A stretch of 47,059 nt of DNA. Origin: a virus (lineage: Duplodnaviria > Caudoviricetes). Positions 31,701 through 40,818 of the stretch are shown here, piece by piece. Made by a program: the position numbers and the translations under genes. The notes beneath the pieces were generated by a model that worked only from the letters and a program-made list of their open reading frames with translations, had not been told where the DNA came from and searched no databases. Every line of letters starts with the position of its first letter. Position 1 is the stretch's first letter. The DNA is taken from the IMG/VR virus record IMGVR_UViG_3300033414_000002, positions 1 to 47,059 of that record; one strand, 5' to 3'.

Positions 31701-34048
31701 TGGGTAGCGGTGGAATGGCTAAATTCGACCCTATTGCAAACAAAGTAATGAACTTTCTATTTGGTGGAAAAACAACTAGCACTGTCGTTGCTCAAGGAAT
31801 CCAAACTAGTGCAACATCTATTGCTGATATTATGGCTGGAGCAAGTCTGGCTGCTCAACAATTTGCAACCATTGAAACAACTAAAAAAGGCGGTTTATTT
31901 AGCAAAACAAAAACATCTTATAGCCAACAATTTGCAGCATTAGACTCATCTACTCAAAAGGCACTTAATGACGTATTTAAAAGCATGGGAAATACTATGC
32001 TTGGCCTTGCTGATAGTATAGGCATGGGTTTATCAAGTAGAGTTAAGAACTATATTATTCCATCATTAACTGTTGACCTAAAAGGTCTTGACGGTGAAGC
32101 AGCGGCTAAAAAGCTAAATGGTGTTATTAGCGCTGCGCTTGATACTATGTCTATGGCTATTTTTGGCGATGTGCTTGCTAATTATCAACAACTAGGCGAG
32201 GGAATGCTTGAAACTGCCGTGCGCATTGTTGCAGAAGTTGAGATTGTTAAAGATGCTCTAGGTAAATCTGGATTATCTATTGCTGGTGATGCTATTGCTA
32301 TAAGTGACGCATTAGTACAGGCCGCTGGTGGATTAAAAGAATTTCAAGCGGCTTTTGATAACTATTACCAAAAATTCTATACGGATTCAGAACGCAATAT
32401 ATTCTTGCAAAATAATTTATTAAGCCATTTGGGTGATTTGAATACAGTATTGCCTAATACTCGCGAAGGATATAGAAAATTAATAGAATCTTTAAATGTT
32501 AATAATGAAGCAGATGCAAAACGATATTCACTATTAATTAAATTAAGCGATGCTGCTGATGAATATTATAGTGTATTAGAATCATCAGCCGAAAAAGCAC
32601 TTGAAATAGCAAAACAAAAACGCGCACTTGAAATTCAATTAATTGAATTGTCAGGCGACAAAATAAAAGCATTAACTGAAAAACGCAAAGACGAACTGGC
32701 AGCTATGGATGAGTCATTGCGATTTAGTCAAAAATCAGTATGGCTTGTTACGTCATTAAATACCAATATTACAAATGCAACTAATGACGTTTCAAAAGCA
32801 ATAAGCAATCTATCATCTATTGTACAAAAAATAAGAAACGCTATTAAATCAACTGAAATAGCATCAAATGATTTGCTTAAACAACAAAGAAGTAATGCAC
32901 AAGCAGTATTAAACGCTGCGTTGTCTGTTATTAAATCAGGCGGAGCAATTGAAAGCGTAAAAGGATTAGATCAAGCATTAATTGATATAGCCAAGCCAAG
33001 TGAGAATTTATATTCATCATTTGTTGATTATGCTAGAGATCAAGGAAGGGCGACTAATACTATGTCTCAAATAGCCGATTACGGAGACAAACAGATTAGC
33101 ATGGCGCAACTGCAATTAGACGCTATCAATGGAACTACTAGCGCAGTATTAACGGTTAATGAATCAATTTCCAACTTAACTGCTGCATTAGAAATAAAAA
33201 CAGAAGTTATAAAGGCAATAGAAACAGCAAAAAGCGCAGCAAGTGTAGAAGCGTCAGCTAAATCAATATCAGATGCTGCTACGGCAAAGGCTGCAAAATC
33301 AGCTCAAGACTTAACCAATGCAACAGCTAATGCAAATAAGGCTGCACAAAATGCAAGCGCAGCTCAGGAATATGCAAATACTCCAATAGCTCCAGCACCT
33401 AGCACATGGCAAGCTGGTCAGTCTAATAATCCTTTATGGGAAAAAGTATTAGCGCAATTTAACGCTGTTCATCTTTCTAAATATGGTGTTGTGATGAACC
33501 GTCCGTGGAGCGCTGATGCTGATGCTGCTAATCAATATCAAGCGCTTGTTGGTCAATATAATGCTTTGTCATTATCAGCATATCAAGCCGCTGCTGCATC
33601 CGCTGCCGGTTTAATAAATGTTGCAAACGGTCTATCTGCTTTAATTCCAGGATATCAAGCCACTGCTAACCTTGACGCTCAACGCGCAGCTCAAGCTGCA
33701 TCCGCTTATGCTGCCGCTAAAGCCTATGCACAAGCTGCACAAAATGCTGTTCCTGGCATTAATAGCTTTGCCATTGGCACTAACTTTGTTGAAAGCGATA
33801 GATGGGCGATGGTTCATAAAGGTGAGCGCATTATGCCAGCAGCGGATAATGAACAACTAATGAACATAATATCTAAGCCTAATAATTCAGATAATAAATC
33901 ATTAAATGATGAGATTAGATTTTTAAGGAATGAAGTTAGCAAATTGCAAGTATCAAATGCTGAAATAGCTAGAACAAATAAAAAAATGGCAGATATATTA
34001 GTCAATGTGACTAGAGATGGCGAATCTGTATATACTACACCTGCGTAA
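28721..34048 (+). CDS. Tape measure protein
   Basis: 1775 aa, helical and Ala-rich; QALSQGTLQWEE; C-terminal FAIGTNFV..A.VHKGERIMP. Confidence 0.93.
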   Translation: MSTTLAQLGIEIKTSGVVESKNHLDNLTVAAQKTQAATAALNRTSEDSAKANKNAALSMELMISKLTESGAVYNARKMQVQGYANEEIALITKLIQKNKDHTEALKANAQIDKQILDQRSSNYKKYVNDVADGNAHLLRMEKERLKQEEFATKASYNSRKVMYENLFKEQQSFAQKMSSGVAPSSFGSQIRGDIASGMSQSGRLALIAGIEKESELAAPKVDKLTSSLSSLALRYASIGAAIGIGKLMLDTVEQVQNLEIRLKGLTSSAQDYAATESYLSSISKEHHKDVIEMSNSFARLLVIEQTGIITREQSKSILEGLSNAQSKTGASANDLKMSMVGMTQALSQGTLQWEEMKQVTDPIPGLMLKIANAAGYTGESAIGDFKKVVAAGGVTSQMFGEVLPKAFANYEGAAAAAGDNLTAKYADIKNSWTELMKVLDQPVNGAVSPVLDAVSGTLDAITEKLNVVINQYNKMEAIKNRGMRPPDYVPPKPASDANKAEDSQSLKDKEKIMGMMADAEDWYTETVIQDERDQAKAVHEKNEQIKRESESTAKKVIQDAENQAKRLEDLYQSSIYNIQKEIALRGDSSKSASLEYDMINGSLQHLSESKKLYLLQQAAELDFQNSAKKSQDAQKSAMDSLIEQYNQLTLSARDAYTAKLLASGVKKEELEPLLNKFDEVTKEQEKQKKIDETRKSLEAYNSTLDQTKDKLTGLGDISSSIFDGALGGISAMTGAFDNMVTSLEDNTNAMIKLNQKQAENDAFQPDASKGFTEQYLKDVKLKASSTEKYEKEAMRLNSERVTKELAGARQMVGAAAKMFNEKSVAAKTLHAIETTLAVAQMAMQAKSMAMSALATGKSLIAGAAKFFEQSGWAGFAGVAAMGAVMAGLGYAAFGGGSGEGTPPEYSKDTGTVLGSSTARSESIDKTYQLLKDIHADEYATLRSIDRGISNLHSGITDVITRLFQAGGLKNFATMPASSNAIGGIGGAIQMGAMLGSGGMAKFDPIANKVMNFLFGGKTTSTVVAQGIQTSATSIADIMAGASLAAQQFATIETTKKGGLFSKTKTSYSQQFAALDSSTQKALNDVFKSMGNTMLGLADSIGMGLSSRVKNYIIPSLTVDLKGLDGEAAAKKLNGVISAALDTMSMAIFGDVLANYQQLGEGMLETAVRIVAEVEIVKDALGKSGLSIAGDAIAISDALVQAAGGLKEFQAAFDNYYQKFYTDSERNIFLQNNLLSHLGDLNTVLPNTREGYRKLIESLNVNNEADAKRYSLLIKLSDAADEYYSVLESSAEKALEIAKQKRALEIQLIELSGDKIKALTEKRKDELAAMDESLRFSQKSVWLVTSLNTNITNATNDVSKAISNLSSIVQKIRNAIKSTEIASNDLLKQQRSNAQAVLNAALSVIKSGGAIESVKGLDQALIDIAKPSENLYSSFVDYARDQGRATNTMSQIADYGDKQISMAQLQLDAINGTTSAVLTVNESISNLTAALEIKTEVIKAIETAKSAASVEASAKSISDAATAKAAKSAQDLTNATANANKAAQNASAAQEYANTPIAPAPSTWQAGQSNNPLWEKVLAQFNAVHLSKYGVVMNRPWSADADAANQYQALVGQYNALSLSAYQAAAASAAGLINVANGLSALIPGYQATANLDAQRAAQAASAYAAAKAYAQAAQNAVPGINSFAIGTNFVESDRWAMVHKGERIMPAADNEQLMNIISKPNNSDNKSLNDEIRFLRNEVSKLQVSNAEIARTNKKMADILVNVTRDGESVYTTPA

Positions 34049-34096
34049 CATAATATGGTATATAATGCAAATATATTTAATAGGTATAATTTAGTA

Positions 34097-35148
34097 TGTA
34101 TGTAATTCCACCATTAACAATAACAGACGCAATGTTGACTAGTTCAACAATAGTTGAAACTGCGCCTACAGCGTGGAATAGCGGAACTACTTATGCGCTT
34201 AATGATAGCGCAAGCATTGCTGGTGCTAATGGATTAATGACTGTCTATAAATCATTACAGGCTGGTAATTTAAACCACTTAACAAGTGATCCTGCATGGT
34301 GGGTTAATATTGGTACGACATATGGCGTTTATGCTGGCGGTACTACATACGCTATATCTGATAGAGTTATTGATGCGACAAACCATTTAGTATATGAATC
34401 TTTAGCAGGTTCAAATACTGGTAATGCTTTAACAAATACAACTTGGTGGTTAGAAATAGGTCCAACAAATAAATGGGCCATGTTTGATTTATTAAGGGAT
34501 ACGCAATCTACCGTTCCAACATCAATGACTTTTACTTTTGCCCCAGGTCAACGTGTTGATTCATTAGCATTATTGGGACTGTCTGCAAATGATGTATCTA
34601 TTAGTATTACTTCATCATCAGTAACTGTATATAGCTATTCAACAAGTTTAGATGAAAGACATGTTAATAACTGGTATGACTATTTCTTCCTTCCATTTCA
34701 TACAAAAGAGAGTTTATTACTATTAGATATTCCTCCTTATTCAAATTGTATTATAACTATTACATTATCTGGTCTAGCTTCTATTTCTTTAGGTGCTTGT
34801 GTAGTAGGGATTAAAGAATATCTAGGTGCAATTCAATATTCCGCTGAATCTGACAGTTTAAACTTTTCAACTGTAACGCGTGATTTTGCTGGCGGAACCA
34901 ATGTAATGGTTCAAAGACGTAATGTTCCAAAAACAATACAAAATTGTTTTGTCGATAAAAGTAGAATAAATAGAATACGATCAATTAAAGACTCAATAGC
35001 AGGTAGTCCTGCTGTATGGGCTGGTTTAGATGATAATTCTAGTGATTATTTTGAGGCATTATTAATTTTAGGATTTTATAAACGATTTTCATTTAATTTG
35101 GCATATCCAGATTATGCAATAATATCTTTAGAGCTTGAGGAAATATAA
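34097..35148 (+). CDS. Tail tip/baseplate protein with Trp-containing repeats
   Basis: Follows tape measure; repeated W/Y.xGTTY..D..VY.SL...N..WW; GPTNKWAMFD. Confidence 0.7.
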
Positions 35149-35151
35149 AGA

Positions 35152-36291
35152 ATGACTCAAACAGTACCAACCCCAATAACTGCCTTACCAACTCCAGCTC
35201 CATCAACATCAGACCCTACTAATTTTGCTACTAGGGCAGACGCATTAATAGCAGCATTGCCTACATTTATTAGCGAATCAAATTCAGTAGCAACTGTTGA
35301 TTATAATAATGCTGTAGATGCCTACAACAATGCTGTGGCGGCTGCGGCAAGCGCATCATCAGCATCGGCAGCTGCAAGTGTTACAAAATGGGTAAGTGGA
35401 ACAACTTATACCGAGGGTGCTAATGTATGGTCACCCACAACCTATTTAACATATAGACGCAAATCAACAGGTGGCGGAACAACTGATCCATCTGCTGACA
35501 CTACGAATTGGGTATGTTTGTCATATAGCACTAATAACGGTCAATGTAAATTAACTAAAAGCGGTGCAAATCTTCTATTATCGCCTTATAACGGAAATAG
35601 ATTAATGATAGATGGTGTTCTTCAAACAATTCCATCAGCAGGCGTTACATTGTCACCATCTGGTTTAATTGCTAGTGCTGTTTATTATGTTTATGCCTAT
35701 ATGAATGCTGGCACCTTAACAATGGAGGCCGTTGGCGTAAGCCCTGCTACTGATGCAAATACAGGAATAAAGATAAAAACAGGGGATAGTACTAGAACAT
35801 TGGTTGGTATGGCATATGTAACCTCTGGCGGTGCATTTATTGATGATTCAACAAATGTTGGCGTTATTAGTTATTATAATAGAGGCGGCAAATCATTATA
35901 TAACTTCTTTACTGCAAGTAGATATGTTTCTGCCACATCGTTTATAGAAATAAATTCAGAAATAAGATTATTTTTTCTAACATGGGCTGATGAAGTTCCA
36001 ATATTTTCTGCTCATGGAGGCTGGGCGCTATCTACTGGTGGGCCTGGGTTTGCTTATATTGGTCTTGATGGTTCAGGAGTTCAGGTTCAAGGTGGTAATG
36101 GATTAAATATAGTTTCTGCTGGTCAGTCCCCTTTTTCGGCTAGTTTAAGCTCATATACAGCAACTGAGGGTATTTTTCATTATGCTACTTTAATTGCTGC
36201 CGTACCTACTGGAGGAGGTGAATTAACTTTTATCGGTGGAGCCAATGATGGAGGTCAGCGAATTACTATGCAAATGACAATAAGGGGTTAA
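35152..36291 (+). CDS. Tail fibre / receptor-binding protein
   Basis: PTPAPSTSDPTNFATRADA N-terminus, Ala linker, beta-rich C-terminus. Confidence 0.7.
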   Translation: MTQTVPTPITALPTPAPSTSDPTNFATRADALIAALPTFISESNSVATVDYNNAVDAYNNAVAAAASASSASAAASVTKWVSGTTYTEGANVWSPTTYLTYRRKSTGGGTTDPSADTTNWVCLSYSTNNGQCKLTKSGANLLLSPYNGNRLMIDGVLQTIPSAGVTLSPSGLIASAVYYVYAYMNAGTLTMEAVGVSPATDANTGIKIKTGDSTRTLVGMAYVTSGGAFIDDSTNVGVISYYNRGGKSLYNFFTASRYVSATSFIEINSEIRLFFLTWADEVPIFSAHGGWALSTGGPGFAYIGLDGSGVQVQGGNGLNIVSAGQSPFSASLSSYTATEGIFHYATLIAAVPTGGGELTFIGGANDGGQRITMQMTIRG

Positions 36292-36293
36292 TA

Positions 36294-36602
36294 ATGAAAA
36301 AAATAGGTGAAACATTTAGAATTGAATTAAAAAAAGCCGGTCTTTATGGGCTTCCATTTTCTTGGGGAGATGATGGTGTAATAAATTTTAGTGACGACAT
36401 TACACTAGAACAAAAAAATGCAGTTTTAGCTATTTATGACGCTCATAATCCTTTATCAATAGATTATATTCAAGCTAGAAAATCTGAATATCCGCCGATA
36501 GAGGATTATATTGATGGTATTGTTAAAGGAAATTCAATTCAAATACAAAACTACATCGATGCTTGTCTTGCTGTAAAACAAAAATACCCAAAACCAATTT
36601 AA
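36294..36602 (+). CDS. Tail fibre assembly chaperone-like protein
   Basis: RKSEYPPIEDYIDGIVKG..CLAVKQKYPKP. Confidence 0.7.
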   Translation: MKKIGETFRIELKKAGLYGLPFSWGDDGVINFSDDITLEQKNAVLAIYDAHNPLSIDYIQARKSEYPPIEDYIDGIVKGNSIQIQNYIDACLAVKQKYPKPI

Positions 36603-36610
36603 GGATTATA

Positions 36611-37105
36611 ATGAAGATAAATATATTTGCTTTTTTGCTTTTAATTACATCATTTGCAGCTAATGCCGGATGGGTAGAGGGGACAACAATCGGAGTTAGA
36701 GATGATAATCCAAAAATTCCAGTTGTTTTATTTATAAATACTTACACAAATACTGGAGACACGCCTGATACATGGCATCAAATAAATGTTAATTCATTAG
36801 GTGTTCCATCTGATGCAATAAGTGTTGGTTTGGGTGGCGTAGGAATTATAACTCACGGTACTACTGCTGAATTATGTGAAATAACCGTAACATTTAGAGC
36901 GCCAGGTAATAGCCTAAACATTGGTGACTATATCATACAAGTCATAGAGCCGCATCTAAATGGAGGAGAAAGACAAACGGCATTTGTTCAGACTCCTGTT
37001 GTAAACGGTTACATTGAATATAGTTGGCATAGAGCAACAACTGGAGAATGGCCCGATCATTGTTCATATGGCATGAATTTAGCAATTCAAAATTATATTA
37101 GGTAA
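36611..37105 (+). CDS. Exported beta-rich protein
   Basis: AAGGA RBS; signal peptide MKINIFAFLLLITSFAANA. Confidence 0.65.
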   Translation: MKINIFAFLLLITSFAANAGWVEGTTIGVRDDNPKIPVVLFINTYTNTGDTPDTWHQINVNSLGVPSDAISVGLGGVGIITHGTTAELCEITVTFRAPGNSLNIGDYIIQVIEPHLNGGERQTAFVQTPVVNGYIEYSWHRATTGEWPDHCSYGMNLAIQNYIR

Positions 37106-37113
37106 ATTTAAAT

Positions 37114-37221
37114 ATGTCTAAAAGAATACCAAAAAGTAAAATACCAAGTAAAAAGCCAATGCCTACAAGTAGCAGGAGAAGAGGAAATCAACGCCATGAT
37201 TCTCGTGGTAGATTTGCATAA
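37114..37221 (+). CDS. 35-aa very basic peptide
   Basis: MSKRIPKSKIPSKKPMPTSSRRRGNQRHDSRGRFA; TAATG overlap with the next gene. Confidence 0.5.
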   Translation: MSKRIPKSKIPSKKPMPTSSRRRGNQRHDSRGRFA

Positions 37222-37925
37222 TGATATTAAGTATTATTTCATTGGTTATAAGCGAATGGTTAATAATTCCATTTATTGATAACCAATGGGAATTAACTCT
37301 ATTTATTCAATATATATTGATAGCGTTATTATTTACTTACATATCATACTTGATTTTAGATAGAAAATTATTAGAGCGTTCTATTTTTGTATTGTTGACA
37401 TTAGATGCTTGGTTTGATGTTTTTAAGTTTGCATTATGGCAATATAGCAACACTGCGATTGATTTTTCAATTATTGGCTCATTGATGTTTTTTTGTTGGT
37501 TATTGTTTGTTATAAAAAGACAATATCCAGAAAAACTAGATTTAGTTAATTTAGACAATATCAACATACTAATACTAAAGCCTAAAACTATCTTTGATGT
37601 TATTAAAGGATTGATAGGTTATCCTGCATCATCTATTTGTATTTGTGCAAATGGTTATGTATGGTGTTTTAGACGTAAATCTGGAGTATTTGAAAAAATG
37701 CCGTATCATTACCAATGGACTGAATCGCATTTAGTAATTGATACTGGAATAAAATGTACACAAGAACACAAACAAATGCTTGACAATTTAGTAGGAACTG
37801 TGCGTACACCTTGCATAAAGTGCGTATATGTTATAAGATGTTTATTAAATACATTGGGTTGCAAATATTCAATTAAATCTTGGTTTGATTATATCCCAGG
37901 TATTTATTTTATGAGGATACTATAA
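37221..37925 (+). CDS. Membrane protein (about 4 TM) with Cys-containing soluble domain
   Basis: Hydrophobic N-terminal half. Confidence 0.65.
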   Translation: MILSIISLVISEWLIIPFIDNQWELTLFIQYILIALLFTYISYLILDRKLLERSIFVLLTLDAWFDVFKFALWQYSNTAIDFSIIGSLMFFCWLLFVIKRQYPEKLDLVNLDNINILILKPKTIFDVIKGLIGYPASSICICANGYVWCFRRKSGVFEKMPYHYQWTESHLVIDTGIKCTQEHKQMLDNLVGTVRTPCIKCVYVIRCLLNTLGCKYSIKSWFDYIPGIYFMRIL

Positions 37926-37926
37926 G

Positions 37927-38181
37927 ATGAATTTATTAGATAAATTGTTTTTATTGGCTGGCGCTGTAAAAAAGGGAGAATGCCTTAAAAACCCTGAAAC
38001 ATGGAAAAACGCATCATTACTAACTAATTCATTATTAGCATTGATTGCATTGATTCCTCAGTTTACATCAATACCTATAAGCGAATCAGAACAAAATGCT
38101 ATTGTCTATGGTGTTGTCACTGTAATTGGCGTATTTAATGCCTATACTCATGCCGCGACCAGCACTAAAGTTGGCTTGTAG
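37927..38181 (+). CDS. Holin candidate (2 TM)
   Basis: G..L.NPETWKN, two TM segments, ATSTKVGL end. Confidence 0.6.
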   Translation: MNLLDKLFLLAGAVKKGECLKNPETWKNASLLTNSLLALIALIPQFTSIPISESEQNAIVYGVVTVIGVFNAYTHAATSTKVGL

Positions 38182-38432
38182 TTTGTTTATATATAGTATT
38201 TATGGATGCACTGATTTTTATTGCTCATATGTAATTGGTATGGCAGATGAACAATAGATTTTAATAATTAAAATAAATTGCTACGAGGTCATTAATAATG
38301 AATAACTATATTCAGTGGTCTATATGGCGCAATGTCATGTCTGTTTATGACCATGAATTTAAATTAGAGCAACATCAAAAAGAACTTGATGCTTTGCGTA
38401 TTGTACAACTTTGTTTGACAGGAAAATAACAG

Positions 38433-38961
38433 ATGAAAGTAGCACCAACTATCATATCATCATTTGCCAAGTTTATTATTGGTGGCGATGTATTTAACCA
38501 TCTTTTATCTATCGTTACGTTTCAACAAACAAACGGACACTCGGCTACAGGTGCAGAAAAAAGAGCTTATGCTATAGAACAGTTTAAACATGTAGGACTT
38601 GATGTTGCTAACTGGATGCTAAATTTAGGCATTGAATTGGCTGTCGCTTATTTAAAAGCATTGGAAGCTAGGAATAAGTGACATGCCAGATGAAAGATGT
38701 GAAATAGAAAAGCTAAAAGTTGAACTATCTAGCTTCAAAGAGTTTTGCAAGGAAAGATGGGACAGGGAAGATGAATATTTAGTTGAGTTTAAAAAAAATT
38801 TGCATGATGTAAGCGAAAACTTACAAAAGGTTAGCGACAGTTTACAAGTTGTAAAAGACAATCAAAATGGTCAAGTAAAATTCATTGCAGGGTGCGTTGC
38901 AACGGCGACAGTTATTTTTGGTAGTGCGTGGGCTATTTTTACTTACTTTTTTCAGAAATAG
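38433..38961 (+). other. Two lysis-region CDSs (38433-38681 holin-like; 38683-38961 coiled coil + C-terminal TM)
   Basis: TGAEKR..LNLGIELAV; XhlA-like topology. Confidence 0.55.
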
Positions 38962-38962
38962 C

Positions 38963-39424
38963 ATGAAACTATTTACTATTCTTTTAATTGTTGGTTCTAT
39001 TCTTTTTCCTACAATATCTACAGCAAACCATCATATAAGAACTCAAGATATTAACGATATTTGCACCACAAAAACATCAACTATACGCAGTGTATCAGCA
39101 TCAGTAAAACGCGCCGTATATAGGCGTGACGGCGTTCCTAATGGCAATCATACTGGCATTTGCTCAACAAGCAAAGAAGGTTGCGAAGTAGATCATCGAG
39201 TTGCGCTTTGGTTAGGCGGTTCAAATGATAAATCTAATCTAATGATTCAGCCTTATGACAGAAAACTATCTTGCAATGCACACGATAAAGACGACTTAGA
39301 GAAAAAATTACATTACATGATTTGCTCAAATCAAATTGATGTCAAAGATGCTCAAGATATTATTTATAATGATTGGAAGTCTGGATATAAAAAATTTATT
39401 AATGCTAATGGTTGTTATAGATGA
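38963..39424 (+). CDS. HNH-family nuclease with signal peptide
   Basis: MKLFTILLIVGSILFPTISTA then EVDHRVALWLGGSNDKSNL..AHDKD. Confidence 0.7.
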   Translation: MKLFTILLIVGSILFPTISTANHHIRTQDINDICTTKTSTIRSVSASVKRAVYRRDGVPNGNHTGICSTSKEGCEVDHRVALWLGGSNDKSNLMIQPYDRKLSCNAHDKDDLEKKLHYMICSNQIDVKDAQDIIYNDWKSGYKKFINANGCYR

Positions 39425-40011
39425 TTAATGTTGACAAACTAAAAGGCCATATACCAGACAAGATATTGTCTAAAATATCCGGAATTACTGAAATAAATAG
39501 CAATTTAAGATTAGCACATTTTTTAAGCCAATGCGCCCATGAAAGTTTAAATTTTGAACGAGTAACAGAAAATTTATTCTATTCATCACAAGGATTGCTA
39601 AAAACATTTCCTAAATATTTTACACCAGATCAAGCAATTCTATATTCACATGACCCAATAGCAATAGGAAATCGTGTTTATGCCGATAGAATGGGGAATG
39701 GTGACGAGAAAAGCGGTGATGGATACAAGTATCGCGGTCGTGGGTATATAGGTATTACAGGCCGCGACAATTACGTCCTATTGAGCGGTTATTTAGGCGA
39801 AGATTTAACCGTTAATCCTGATTTAGTTGCCACACATTACGCATTAGAATCAGCAGCTTTTTTCTTTACTGCTAACCATATATGGGAACTGTGCGATAAA
39901 GGTTCAAATATTGCAACAATTACCGCCATAACTAAAAAAGTTAATGGCGGTTTTAATGGCATTGACGCAAGAATTAAACTATTTAATAAATTTTATGAAC
40001 TGGTGAAATAA
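39421..40011 (+). CDS. Endolysin, glycoside hydrolase family 19
   Basis: AHFLSQCAHES..ENL.YS..GDGYKYRGRGYI.ITG..NY..VNGG.NG. Confidence 0.93.
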   Translation: MINVDKLKGHIPDKILSKISGITEINSNLRLAHFLSQCAHESLNFERVTENLFYSSQGLLKTFPKYFTPDQAILYSHDPIAIGNRVYADRMGNGDEKSGDGYKYRGRGYIGITGRDNYVLLSGYLGEDLTVNPDLVATHYALESAAFFFTANHIWELCDKGSNIATITAITKKVNGGFNGIDARIKLFNKFYELVK

Positions 40012-40262
40012 TGAATTTAAACGAAAAACTCGACACTTTTATTTACCTTGCCGATCAACACGGCATTTTAATTGCTGCTACCAGCATTACAGAAGAATCA
40101 TTCAGATTTAAGCCGCGTATTATAGGTAAGGCTAGCGAAGGATTGGATGATGCCAGATTGCTTGCTAAATGCAAGGATTTAGCGGTTAGCGTGGGATTGG
40201 ATTGTGTTGGTGATAAGTGCTTTTTGAAAAAGCCAAAGTTAGAAACAAAACAAGATAAATAA
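40011..40262 (+). CDS. Hypothetical protein
   Basis: Coupled to endolysin; last gene before the terminator. Confidence 0.55.
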   Translation: MNLNEKLDTFIYLADQHGILIAATSITEESFRFKPRIIGKASEGLDDARLLAKCKDLAVSVGLDCVGDKCFLKKPKLETKQDK

Positions 40263-40268
40263 TAAAAT

Positions 40269-40293
40269 TAAACCCGCATAAAGCGGGTTTTTA
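40269..40293. terminator. Bidirectional terminator
   Basis: AAACCCGC-ATAAA-GCGGGTTT-TT between convergent operons. Confidence 0.85.
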
Positions 40294-40554
40294 TTAATCG
40301 TTAATAACTAAATAATGATATGGTCTAATATATAAAATATCACCATCAATTGTTTTTATCTTTGCTGCATTACCTCTGCAATATGGAAAAATTTCTTTTG
40401 CTGGTATAAATTTAACTAATTTAACTATTGCATTTGTATATGGATAATCAAAATCAGCAGTCAACCTGTATTCTATATTCTTTTTTAAGTCTTTTGCTAA
40501 TATTGTATTCATTATTTTTATTAATGGTGCGTTCTGATAATTTCGATATATCAT
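40294..40554 (-). CDS. Hypothetical protein
   Basis: 86-aa ORF downstream of the tRNAs. Confidence 0.5.
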   Translation of the reverse strand: MIYRNYQNAPLIKIMNTILAKDLKKNIEYRLTADFDYPYTNAIVKLVKFIPAKEIFPYCRGNAAKIKTIDGDILYIRPYHYLVIND

Positions 40555-40606
40555 TTTCCATCTTATTAGGATGGTGTACTTATCTTTGTACGAAGAGCGC
40601 GTTATA

Positions 40607-40681
40607 TGGCTTGGAATCTCCGAATCGAACAGAGTATGACTGAATAAAAATCAGTTGCCTTAACCACTTGGCTAATTCCCA
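40607..40681 (-). tRNA. tRNA with Gln-type body and TTT (Lys) anticodon
   Basis: TGGGAAT-TA-GCCAAGTGGTTAAGGC-A-ACTGA-TTTTTAT-TCAGT-CATA-CTCTG-TTCGATT-CGGAG-ATTCCAA-G-CCA. Confidence 0.8.
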
Positions 40682-40689
40682 TTTATAAA

Positions 40690-40815
40690 TTTTATAGGAT
40701 GGATTTGAATCATCGTCCTCAGTGTCGAATTATGTAATCAGAGCTATAGACCGATCTACTATAGTTCGGCATTAATTACTTTTGCATTGCGCTCTATCCA
40801 CTGAGCTACTGTAGA
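40690..40815 (-). ncRNA. tRNA-like RNA with a 60-nt structured insert in place of the anticodon loop
   Basis: TA-GCTC-AGTGGATA-GAGC D-arm, CAATG/CACTG stem, AGGAC, GATGA-TTCAAAT-CCATC T-arm; no encoded CCA. Confidence 0.7.
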
Positions 40816-40818
40816 AAC

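Noticed and set aside
40725-40784. Self-splicing group I/II intron in tRNA
   Set aside because: Only 60 nt, with no catalytic core
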